From positions 1,860,001 through 1,892,000 of the forward strand of contig NZ_CP042905.2 of assembly GCF_008000775.2 (NCBI RefSeq): 32,000 nt of DNA, given 5' to 3'. The notes beneath the pieces are model-generated. The model ran no database searches. It was not told the origin of the DNA and was given only the letters and a program-made list of their open reading frames with translations. The position numbers and the translations under genes were made by a program. Origin of the DNA: Promethearchaeum syntrophicum (GTDB taxonomy: Archaea > Asgardarchaeota > Lokiarchaeia > Sigyniarchaeales > Promethearchaeaceae). This document shows, in pieces, positions 1 through 9,142 of the stretch. Every line of letters starts with the position of its first letter. Position 1 is the stretch's first letter.

Positions 1-2
1 AA

Positions 3-383
3 ATGGAACTTTATTCCAAAAATTCTAGTGGATCAAATCCATTTCTAATGCAATTAACATTAATTCTCATAATTGAAGAACCATTTGATATCAATTTAGT
101 CCTTCTATTAATTGGAGGATTTACAGTAATAACTTTAGCATTTCTATTCCTTAGAAATAAATTACAAATTTTATCCATATCTAAGACTTTTAAAACTTCA
201 ATTATTGGCTTAGATCCTTTAGGAATACCCTCCTTATTCGATAATAGTGATGATCTTCCAATGATTTCAAAGAGAAATTATCGAAAAATGCAACGATTTA
301 TTGTAAAGGACATTCTTTATTCAAATATTGACATTAACCAAATGGATGATTTAGAATTTTGTAAAACCTTGAAAAAAATTTAA
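3..383 (+). CDS. Hypothetical membrane-anchored protein (possibly truncated at the window edge)
   Basis: Open frame of 126 aa with a hydrophobic stretch (LVLLLIGGFTVITLAFLFL); start may lie upstream of the window. Confidence 0.6.
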   Translation: MELYSKNSSGSNPFLMQLTLILIIEEPFDINLVLLLIGGFTVITLAFLFLRNKLQILSISKTFKTSIIGLDPLGIPSLFDNSDDLPMISKRNYRKMQRFIVKDILYSNIDINQMDDLEFCKTLKKI

Positions 384-426
384 TTTAGTTTGTCAATATA
401 CAATATTATATTTCTTCTAATCAATT

Positions 427-1179
427 ATGGGGGATTATTTGTTCCTATTTATTATAACTGAAGATCCAAATATCTTAGAAAATTTAAAACAAGGTTCCGA
501 TGTAAATCAAGAAAAATATGGCCGTTACTTTGATTACATATGTAAACTTTGCCCTCAACGAACACAAAAACATATATATTCAGATCAATTAAAATCTCGG
601 TTGAGAAAAAAGTTTCGAATTGATGATCTAACAGTTAAGGCAATTATTGCATATTTTGTTAATAAAAATGCCCTTATTGTAGCATTTGATGATTCTGTTA
701 GTATTAATCTTTTATCTAATACTACTCGTAAGAAAATACATGATTTAATTGAAGAATATCCAGGAGTTTACTCAAATATTTTTATTAAATTTCTGGGGCT
801 TGGCTCTAGACAAGTATTATGGCATATTTCCTTTCTATTGGAGTTTAATATAATTGAATATCTGAGTTTTGGAAAAATCAAAGCCTATGGTCTAATAGAA
901 ATAGATAAGAAACTAATTATGATTGGATATGTAATATTAAAGGATTCACTTCGAGAATTGTTAAAATGCCTTTTAGATCATCCAAATGGATCATATCTAG
1001 GTGAAATTTCGGAATTATTAGGAAAACCGAAAAATTCGACTCTTTATACTTTGAACAAATTAAAACAACTGAAAATTCTTATTCTATCACAGGATAATAA
1101 GAAAAAATATTCAGTAGATAGGAAATATATACAAATAATGAACCAAACTTTAGAAAGACATAAAAAAAAATTTCCGTAA
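427..1179 (+). CDS. Predicted winged-helix transcriptional regulator with two HTH-like regions
   Basis: 250 aa; TRKKIHDLIEEYPGVYSNIFIKFLGLGSRQVLWHISFLLEFNIIEYLSFGKIKAYGL and LRELLKCLLDHPNGSYLGEISELLGKPKNSTLYTLNKLKQLKIL resemble ArsR/MarR-type wHTH units. Confidence 0.7.
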   Translation: MGDYLFLFIITEDPNILENLKQGSDVNQEKYGRYFDYICKLCPQRTQKHIYSDQLKSRLRKKFRIDDLTVKAIIAYFVNKNALIVAFDDSVSINLLSNTTRKKIHDLIEEYPGVYSNIFIKFLGLGSRQVLWHISFLLEFNIIEYLSFGKIKAYGLIEIDKKLIMIGYVILKDSLRELLKCLLDHPNGSYLGEISELLGKPKNSTLYTLNKLKQLKILILSQDNKKKYSVDRKYIQIMNQTLERHKKKFP

Positions 1180-1519
1180 TTCTAGGCTTTATTCAATTAA
1201 TCTAGAGCATTTTTTTTCTTTTTACTTAATAACATATCCAAAATTATATTTATCTTTATTTATTTTTAATTCTGAACGAATTTCGATTTAATTTATAAAT
1301 ATTAGGATAAAAAATCATATTTCCCAGAATATCACTTTTTATCACTTAATATCGTCCTTCGTAGTGAAATAGTTAAATTAGTCAATATTCAAAAAAAAAA
1401 CCACACCTCTTTATTACATTTTTTTCCTATTTTTTGTTTAAGATGATTTTTTGTAAGAAAAATGGTCTAACATCAAAGAAATGATCATATTTGATGATTT
1501 TTTAAAAAAATGAAAAAAA

Positions 1520-1544
1520 ATACAAAATTGTTGAAATTTTGTAT
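1520..1544. promoter_or_regulatory. Perfect 10-bp inverted repeat ATACAAAATT-GTTGA-AATTTTGTAT upstream of the secreted protein gene
   Basis: Seen directly; 23 bp upstream of the start codon at 1568. Candidate operator or 5'UTR hairpin. Confidence 0.4.
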
Positions 1545-1567
1545 CAATAAATATAGGTTAGAAAAAA

Positions 1568-3997
1568 ATGAAAACTAAACAATTAAAAAACTTTGGAATT
1601 GCAGTTATTATGATTGCTGTAGTGTTGGGGAGCTTACCAACTCAAGTACTCGCAGGTGTGCCCGGTGATCCTGATGATGATATACCATACGTTTACAGCC
1701 CTTCCATAACAGCGCGGCCAGCAAATGTTATTTATCAGAGAGCAGATCAAGGACAAACTCTATATTGGAAAGCTTATGTTGCAGGTAGTAATAGTCTTAC
1801 GTCTTCTAAACTGCAACGTGATACCACTGGGGGCTCAAGTTATAGCAATTATCTATCTAGAGGCAATTGGGCTGATGGGGTAAATATTGGATATTCTGTT
1901 TCAACTCCAAATATGGTTCCAGGAGCACCTATATGGACTTATAACTATCGATTTTATGCATATAACTCCTACAAGTATGCCTATGATTATGTGACTGTCA
2001 AATATTATTTACCATACTCGGATACTGATGGTGATGGATTAACGGATGGAGAAGAAATTAACACCTACAATACAAATCCTCAAGATGCTGATTCAGATAA
2101 TGATGGATACAATGATCATTTTGAAGCTTTTCTCCAATCTGATCCAAATGATGCGAATAGTCTACCACGTCTCAATGCTCCTTCAATTACAAATAGACCT
2201 GCAAATACTATTTACTGTGAAAATGGACATTCTAAATCATTGACATGGAAAGCAATCGTTAGCGGTCCAAATGATTATACTTCATCATATCTCGATGTCT
2301 ATGATAGTAGTGAAGGAGATTGGGATCGAATTTCGCAAAAGGGGGTATGGCAAGATAGTTCTTCGATTTCTTATGGTATCACTCCACCAAGTATCTCTAC
2401 ATCTTCTTCTCCTGTTAAATTTCAATATAGACTAAGAGTATGGAGCACGTCAAAATCGGCAACTGATTATATTGATGTTTTTGTATATAATTACAACGTA
2501 GATACTGATGGCGATGGATTGACTGATGGGGAAGAAATTAATAGCGGGAATGATGGGTATATAACGAAATATAATAATCCAGACAGCGACTATGATACTT
2601 ACCCAGATAACATCGAAATTGAATTTGGATCGAATCCAATTTCATCTTCAAGTACTCCCAATATCCAAACTCCATTATTCTTTGATAGACCCAGTGATGT
2701 GTTTTACTATGATTTAGCAAGTGCTAGTTCTTTTCAATTAGATTGGGTTATGCAAATACTTTCAGGGACTAATGATTATACTTCTTCTCAATTGCAACGA
2801 TATTATTGGAATGGAGCTGAATTTGTGTTTGATATTGAATTTATAGGGGGTGGATGGCCTGATGTTGAACCGACCATCTCTTTTGATATAGTTAAGCCAA
2901 GTATCCCATCAGATAGTGTTACTCAATGTTATAAGTACAATATGACTGCATGGAATTATGACCAATCAAATTCGGATGAATTTCTTGTGTATTATTATAA
3001 TTATAATGTAGATTCAGACGGAGATGGTTTGAATGATTTCTCTGAAATTAACACTTTTGGCACAGACCCTTTAAATAAAGATTCTGATGACGATTTAGTA
3101 AATGATCTACATGAACTTGCTTATGGTTCAGATCCTTTAGATTCAAATAATAATCTTACAAGATTTTTGCCTACAGAACCATCTCAATCATATTATACTC
3201 CCGATGATCCATCTATACAAGGCAAAATATTTACAGAGCCTATAGTTTTTAATGAAGAAGCAACCTCATGGTGGAATGATGACATGTTAGGAGGTTTTCA
3301 AGTAGGATTTTCAGATGCTGATTTTTCAGAAGATGGAAAAATTTTGCATGAAACTGGAAATCTTTTTGTGGATTTAGAAGTGGAAATTAATCCAGATAAA
3401 GATTTGGATACTTATGATAAACAAAGTTATAATGTAATTGATTCTCTTACTCTATATATGTCTGTTCTTAAAAATGATGATGAATTTCTCTCATTTGAAC
3501 AAATATGTCAAACTTTATCAGGAAATCCTAATCCTAAATTCTCAATAGAAAATGATGAACCAACTCTTTTGGAAAGAATTTCATTTACATTATTATTAGG
3601 AAGTCTAAATTTATTATTCGGTAAAGCTTTTCCGAAATGGAGTTGGATTGAACTTGGGCTTGACTGTGTAGCAGAAGCAGTTCCTGATGGTGAATCAGAT
3701 ATACTTTCATTTAATGATTTAGGAAGTTGTTCTTCGATAACTTATGATTTTTCTGATACAACGAACTTAGGTGAAAGAAGAGATATATATGGTATAAAGA
3801 TGTGTGTAGATTTACTTCATCAGTTTAATTCATTAACATCTATTGCACAAAATGGTGATGTATTTAACTATTTTATGAGGATGGAAGTCGGTATGAAAAA
3901 TTATGAAAAGGAAAATGTTCCTACTGCTTTTTGGGAAAAAAATGGGCCTCTTAGATATAATTATTATGATAATTTTCAATTTATCTATGAAAACTAA
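1568..3997 (+). CDS. Secreted/cell-surface protein with repeated modules and thrombospondin type 3-like Ca-binding motifs
   Basis: 809 aa; N-terminal signal peptide (FGIAVIMIAVVLGSLPTQVLA); three copies of a module ending DTDGDGLTDGEEIN...NPxxxDSDxD. Confidence 0.8.
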   Translation: MKTKQLKNFGIAVIMIAVVLGSLPTQVLAGVPGDPDDDIPYVYSPSITARPANVIYQRADQGQTLYWKAYVAGSNSLTSSKLQRDTTGGSSYSNYLSRGNWADGVNIGYSVSTPNMVPGAPIWTYNYRFYAYNSYKYAYDYVTVKYYLPYSDTDGDGLTDGEEINTYNTNPQDADSDNDGYNDHFEAFLQSDPNDANSLPRLNAPSITNRPANTIYCENGHSKSLTWKAIVSGPNDYTSSYLDVYDSSEGDWDRISQKGVWQDSSSISYGITPPSISTSSSPVKFQYRLRVWSTSKSATDYIDVFVYNYNVDTDGDGLTDGEEINSGNDGYITKYNNPDSDYDTYPDNIEIEFGSNPISSSSTPNIQTPLFFDRPSDVFYYDLASASSFQLDWVMQILSGTNDYTSSQLQRYYWNGAEFVFDIEFIGGGWPDVEPTISFDIVKPSIPSDSVTQCYKYNMTAWNYDQSNSDEFLVYYYNYNVDSDGDGLNDFSEINTFGTDPLNKDSDDDLVNDLHELAYGSDPLDSNNNLTRFLPTEPSQSYYTPDDPSIQGKIFTEPIVFNEEATSWWNDDMLGGFQVGFSDADFSEDGKILHETGNLFVDLEVEINPDKDLDTYDKQSYNVIDSLTLYMSVLKNDDEFLSFEQICQTLSGNPNPKFSIENDEPTLLERISFTLLLGSLNLLFGKAFPKWSWIELGLDCVAEAVPDGESDILSFNDLGSCSSITYDFSDTTNLGERRDIYGIKMCVDLLHQFNSLTSIAQNGDVFNYFMRMEVGMKNYEKENVPTAFWEKNGPLRYNYYDNFQFIYEN

Positions 3998-4186
3998 GAA
4001 AATTTCCACGATTACATAAAAAAAATATGTGTAGATTGAAATGAGGTTCTCATTTCATTTTTTTTTTTCATTTTTATTTTAAAAAAATTTTCAATAATTT
4101 AACCTATTCACCAAAAAAATCGAAACAAAAAAAATATATAAATTATTCTTGTCTATTTTCACTGAATAATCTCTTTTTCAAAATTT

Positions 4187-4254
4187 ATGGCTTCACATCC
4201 TTGCAGGACTCATCTTTCTCGCTCAAAGTTGTGCAGATATCTAATTAAAGCCAT
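4187..4254 (-). ncRNA. Structured element copy 1 (candidate orphan SECIS-like element; strand inferred from copy 2)
   Basis: ATGGCTT (4187-4193) pairs with AAGCCAT (4248-4254). Contains a 35-nt core (4196-4230) 34/35 identical to copy 2. On the minus strand CUUUG/CAAGG and CACA/UGUG also pair. Confidence 0.45.
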
Positions 4255-4378
4255 ATGAGAATTCTGATGAAAGAATAGAAATTTATTAGTTTTTATTTGG
4301 TCCATAGTAGAATTTTTTAATTAAAATAAAATTAGAGAGTTTTTTTTAATTTGATTTCTATTGTTAATTTAGATAATA

Positions 4379-4618
4379 ATGACTCAAATTTCGATGGATA
4401 AAGATCTGGCAATGGATTTGATTGAATCTAAACTAAGAAACATTAAGAAACAAATCTTAGAGATATTAGGAAAATGGAATCAACCTTCTGCAGAAATTAT
4501 GATTCAATTATCTCGAGATGGGAAACTACCAGAATCTGAAATTGATGCTATTGGATTAACTAATCTTCAAAAAAAAATGTATGAATTAGAGAAATATCAA
4601 CGAAGTTTGGAGGATTAG
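4379..4618 (+). CDS. Small helical protein, candidate antitoxin partner of the downstream TumE-like protein
   Basis: 79 aa, immediately upstream of and co-oriented with the TumE-like ORF. Confidence 0.5.
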   Translation: MTQISMDKDLAMDLIESKLRNIKKQILEILGKWNQPSAEIMIQLSRDGKLPESEIDAIGLTNLQKKMYELEKYQRSLED

Positions 4619-4659
4619 AGATTTCCGCTCGTAAAAAACTTATATATGCTCAAAATGAA

Positions 4660-5001
4660 TTGTATTCAAATCTTTCAGAATCAATCCTATCTTTTTCTTA
4701 TATTCCTGAGCAAAATCAATTAAGATTTGACCTTAGAAATGGTTCACGTTTATACATCGTATATAATGATTTTGAGGAATATGCTTATCAGTATAATTTC
4801 TCAGATGATCCATTAGATCGTGTTAGATTTGATGCAATGGACAAGAAGTGGGTTGTTCCAACCCCTCCCCATCATTTTCATCCTCGATTTAACAAAAATG
4901 GGTTCCTTAGTCCAATGAACGGAAATCCTTCACATGATATCCCAATTTTAATTAAAATGCTAAAATCTCATGAATTGGAGGACAAAAACTTACAATTCTA
5001 A
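4660..5001 (+). CDS. TumE-like (DUF6516-like) putative toxin
   Basis: RLYIVYNDFEEYAYQYNFSDDPLDRVRFDAMDKKWVVPTPPHHFHPRF resembles the TumE family pattern (Y.Y ... RFD...PHH.H). The frame is open upstream of the TTG at 4660, so the start is uncertain. Confidence 0.5.
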   Translation: MYSNLSESILSFSYIPEQNQLRFDLRNGSRLYIVYNDFEEYAYQYNFSDDPLDRVRFDAMDKKWVVPTPPHHFHPRFNKNGFLSPMNGNPSHDIPILIKMLKSHELEDKNLQF

Positions 5002-5107
5002 GAAAAATTGAAACATCCTATCAATTTTATTATAGTTCACTATAAAAATTTTAACAAAGAAAAAAAATAAAATTTATATTTCTCAATTCCGATTAACTCT
5101 ATTTCCA

Positions 5108-5186
5108 AATATATGGGTTCTCATCCTTGCAGGACTCATCCTTCTCGCTCAAAGTTTGTAGCTCAAATTCATCTGTACCATATATT
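5108..5186 (-). ncRNA. Structured element copy 2, candidate 3'UTR SECIS element of the hdrA-mvhD transcript
   Basis: Closing stem of 9 bp (AATATATGG 5108-5116 with CCATATATT 5178-5186), enclosing the 35-nt core 5122-5156 shared with copy 1. Starts 11 nt after the mvhD stop (5198-5200). Confidence 0.6.
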
Positions 5187-5197
5187 GTATTCTCATA

Positions 5198-5695
5198 TCA
5201 TTTTCCTTTTACGGATTTTTCCTTTGCTTTCGCTGCTTTCTTTGCTGCGGCTTTCGCTGCAGCATCTTGCTGATACAACCGAATTTTTGAAGGTCCAAGT
5301 TTCCGAATAGTCTGATCCATTTTCGTCGTTAACTGTCTGAACCGTTCACCCTCGGCAGCTGAAAAGAACATCATCTGAATGCGCTCGCGTTCTTCTTTTC
5401 CAACCATGGTTTCCAGAATATCTTGAATGTAGAAAACCAGGTTCCTGGCATATAAATTACCTTGAACGTAGTCGCACTCTCCGACATGTCAGCCACCGAT
5501 GATTACTCCGTCAGCACCTTTATTAAAAGCACGCATTATCATATCGGAAGAAACCCGCGCTGTGCACATAACTCGAACTGGACGAATGCTGGTAGGATAC
5601 TGCGCCCGGATTGTTCCGGCCATATCACATGCCCCGTAACCTCATTTCCAGCACAGAAAAGCGATGATTCGTGGTTCGAAATTTTCATCTGTCAT
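5198..5695 (-). CDS. mvhD: MvhD/VhuD-like F420-non-reducing hydrogenase iron-sulfur subunit, selenoprotein with 2 in-frame UGA
   Basis: Read-through translation: MTDENFEPRIIAFLCWKUGYGACDMAGTIRAQYPTSIRPVRVMCTARVSSDMIMRAFNKGADGVIIGGUHVGECDYVQGNLYARNLVFYIQDILETMVGKEERERIQMMFFSAAEGERFRQLTTKMDQTIRKLGPSKIRLYQQ... UGAs at 5642-5644 (residue 18) and 5489-5491 (residue 69) match MvhD Cys motifs (CNWCSYAGAD and GCHPGDCHY). 498 nt, in frame. Confidence 0.9.
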
Positions 5696-5706
5696 GTTTT
5701 TTCGCC

Positions 5707-7692
5707 TTATGATTCTGTTTCTTCAACAAATAGTGCGTCTTCCAATATGCCGTCTATTAAATCGAAGTATTGCTCATCACGATAATATCGTAATGTAATC
5801 GCTTCGCTCGGACAGACAGCAACGCATAGTCCACAACCCCTGCATAAAATATCATCAACAATTGCGCCTTTTTCTTGAGTAATTCTAATCGCGCCATATG
5901 GGCAACTTTTTTCACACATTCCGCATCTTGCACACTTATTCGGATCGGAAATAGCTCGGATGAGTTTTATCCGGTATTCGCCATTCGAAAGAAGCTTTAC
6001 AATCGAGGATGAAGCGCCTTTGGCTTGCATAATTGTTTCGGATATCGCTTTAGGGGCATGGCATGCGCCTGCTAACGAAATTCCTGGGACATCTGTATCA
6101 ACTGTGTTTAATCGCTGGTGGAACTCTTTAAGGAATCCGCTGGGATGTTTTGAAATATTAAGAGTTTTATTAAGTTTATCAAATGTGCGTGAGGGCATCA
6201 TAGCCGCCGATAAAACAACCATATCAAATGTATATTCTTTGATTGTTTTATCTGGACTTAGAGTGTCTTCAAGTACTACTTTTAGGCTCTTAGTTTTCGG
6301 ATCTTCTCTGATACGGCCTACTTTTGAACGAATATATTTTACACCTTCTCGACGTGAGGCGGTGTAATATTCTTCATAACCTTTTCCTGCTGCACGAATA
6401 TCAATATACGCAACCATTACTTGAAGCGATGGGTCGTGTGATTTTACTAGTTTAGAATTTTTTATACTAATCATACAACACACACCACTTGAGCAATATT
6501 CGTTTCTATTGATATCCCTTGACCCGACACATTGCACGAATAGAATGCTTTTTGGTGTTTTTGCATCAGATGGTCGGACGAGATGTCCAACAACAGGACC
6601 GTTAGGTGCAATCATCCGTTCTAAGGTTAATTGGGTTATGACATTTTCATATTGATCATATCCCAAATAGCCGTATTCAGGTTCGTATTCATCCCAACCT
6701 GTAGCTATGATAATACCTCCAACTTTGACTGAGAACTTCGTATCTTTTTGTTCATAATCAACCGCTTTAAGCTCGCAAACATTGGCACAATTTCCACAAA
6801 GAATACAATGGTCCATGTCAATTTGAGCAACCATCGGAACTGCTTGAGCGAATGAATAGTAGATAGCTCTGCGGGGTCCAAGTCCCATATCGAATTCACT
6901 TGGGACTATTGCAGGACACACGTCAAAACATGCTCCACATCCATTACAATCATTTTTTGTATATCGGGCTTTTTGTAAAATCTCCACTTCGAAGTTTCCA
7001 ACATAACCACTTATTTTTGTTACTTCGGAGAGGGTAAATAACTCGATATTTTCATTCCGTTGAGTTTCTAACATGACAGGACCTAAGATTCAGATACTAC
7101 AATCGTCTGTGGGGAATGTTCGGTCAAGCATTGACATTTTACCACCAATCGTAGGCTTTTGCTCTACTAAGTACACTTTGTGTCCTTGGTTTGCTAAGTC
7201 TAGGGCTGATTGTAAACCTCCTACTCCTCCACCGATAACTAGTACTGCATCTGTTACCGGGACGACTCTTTCGGGTACCATTTCGAGTTTAGCTGCTCGC
7301 GCAACACCTGCTCGAATTTGTTCTTTTGCCATATCTAAGGCTTTCGGTTGTTCTTTCTGATGAACAAAGCTTACATGTTCTCTGATGTTGACGAACTCCA
7401 GGTATGATGGATCCATTCCACAGTCCGTTAAAACTGCCTGAAAGACTGGTTCATGGGTTTTGGGAGTTCAAGCCGCGATAACTACACGGTTTAGATCATT
7501 ATCCTTAATATATTTTTTAAGGAAATCAGCACCTGATGTAGTTCAAAGAGAGATATTCTTGTCAGCTATTATTACATTTGGTAAAGTCTTGCTAAACCTT
7601 ACCAATTCGTCCATATCAAGAACGCCAGCTATATTAACACCGCATGAGCAAGGAAAAACCCCAATTCTAACTTCTTCGGGATTATCGCTCAT
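5707..7692 (-). CDS. hdrA: HdrA-like heterodisulfide reductase subunit A (FAD plus multiple 4Fe-4S), selenoprotein with 3 in-frame UGA
   Basis: Read-through from ATG at 7692: MSDNPEEVRIGVFPCSCGVNIAGVLDMDELVRFSKTLPNVIIADKNISLUTTSGADFLKKYIKDNDLNRVVIAAUTPKTHEPVFQAVLTDCGMDPSYLEFVNIREHVSFVHQ...VLVIGGGVGGLQSALDLANQG...DRTFPTDDCSIUILGPVMLETQRN...CNGCGACFDVCP...CILCGNCANVCE...CARCGMCEKSCP...CRGCGLCVAVCP. UGAs at 7543-7545, 7468-7470 and 7090-7092 (residues 50, 75, 201). 1986 nt, in frame. Confidence 0.93.
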
Positions 7693-8443
7693 TGTCAATT
7701 TATACCGTGTTAGTTCTTAAATATTGAAAGAATACTACTGAATTCTTTTTCATCCATCATCGGAATTACTCCCTAATTTTTCCATTGTTAGAGAGACCTC
7801 ACTCCAAATCATCGGATAATATTTGAGTTTACCAATCTTTTTTTCTATAATAACGCAACTTAAACTTAAGTTTTGTTATTACCTATGTTAATGTGAGAAT
7901 AAATCCACAATGATACATTTCATTCATATTCTGTAAAATAGTGCATTTTTTCCACAAAAGCATAAAGTTTTGATAAACTTTCAATGAAAAATATAATGAA
8001 AAAAAGTTTAATTATCTTTACACTAGAAAAAATAATAACAAGTGTGAAAAAAATTAAATAATTAATTTGAGATTCAATAACAATTCTCTTACATGTTTTT
8101 TAGTCGATTTGAAGATTATATTTTCTTGATAATTAATTAGAAATCTATTATATATGCCATGAATTTTATCGGTAGAAGTGTTAAGAAGGAAATACAAGAT
8201 TTGTTATGTATTAACATCATTATTAAAAACCAAAACTTTTAGAAATTGGTTTATGTATAATGTATATTCAAAATATAGAAGAAATAAAGAAATAAATCAT
8301 TTTTAGTGTGAAGCATATAAAATTAACTATTACTTACTGGATTTGATAGAAATGTACCATATGATTTTATAAAAAACATAATTATGTTTTAATCATCAAA
8401 AATTTCGATTTTTGATTAAAGTAAAAAAAAAATGTGAAATGAA

Positions 8444-8995
8444 ATGAAAAAATCAACAAAAAGCGTATTAGTTCTTGGGGTTATGTGTTTTTCATTGCTA
8501 TCAATTATCAATTTATCTTATAATAGTAGTGCTTCTACAAAAACATTGAAAACCTCTTATGTTAGGATCAATTGGATTGAAATAGAAAATAACTTGGCAG
8601 ATCATGAATATGATTTGAAATTTAGTCTACAATGGGAACGAATATATGGAGCCTATGGAGGAGATTTTTCGGCCGACAATCAATATAGCAGCACTTTGGG
8701 TTGGGAAAATTGGAAAATAGTGGTTAATAATTTTGAAGGTTACAGACCAGCTGGTACTCGTATATATAATGGATACTATTATTTACCAACTAGCTATGGA
8801 ATTGATATATCTGCATCTGGATATGAATATAAAATGTTGGTAACATTAGATAATGAAGATTTTCTTGGCGGTGAACAAAAAGTCTCTTTTGAATTCGGAA
8901 GTGGTCAAGCTTATAATGTGGATTACTCAAAAACGCTTGAATTCTCGCAATATGGTGGAGCTATTGAGTTTAATTATAGGATTGTGAACACATAA
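8444..8995 (+). CDS. Hypothetical exported protein
   Basis: 183 aa with signal peptide (VLVLGVMCFSLLSIINLSY). Confidence 0.65.
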   Translation: MKKSTKSVLVLGVMCFSLLSIINLSYNSSASTKTLKTSYVRINWIEIENNLADHEYDLKFSLQWERIYGAYGGDFSADNQYSSTLGWENWKIVVNNFEGYRPAGTRIYNGYYYLPTSYGIDISASGYEYKMLVTLDNEDFLGGEQKVSFEFGSGQAYNVDYSKTLEFSQYGGAIEFNYRIVNT

Positions 8996-9142
8996 TTTTT
9001 ATTACTTTTTTCTTTTTTAATAATAAACAATGACACTATTAAAAACTCAAAAAATTCATAAGGATCAAAAATAAAACTTATATGTCTTCCATTAAAGATT
9101 TCGCTTGAAAAGACAACTAAGAAAAATTCTATGAAGTAATAT

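Noticed and set aside
2046-2720. Short ORFs 2046-2243 (+) and 2538-2720 (-) inside the secreted protein gene
   Set aside because: Alternative-frame artefacts in a long, well-supported CDS.
5113-5310. Plus-strand ORF starting MGSHPCRTHPSRSK, with similar MASHPCRTHLSRSK at 4187
   Set aside because: The shared start comes from the duplicated structured core; the downstream reading diverges immediately and overlaps mvhD antisense, so an RNA element is favoured over a protein repeat.
5707-7416. Interpretation of hdrA as a pseudogene or two or more separate genes
   Set aside because: There is no frameshift, the only interruptions are UGA codons, and all fall on expected Cys positions within one colinear domain architecture; selenocysteine is a better explanation.
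5462-7720. Plus-strand ORFs at 5462-5785, 5960-6367, 7073-7360 and 7460-7720
   Set aside because: They are antisense shadows of hdrA/mvhD with low-complexity, non-family-like translations.
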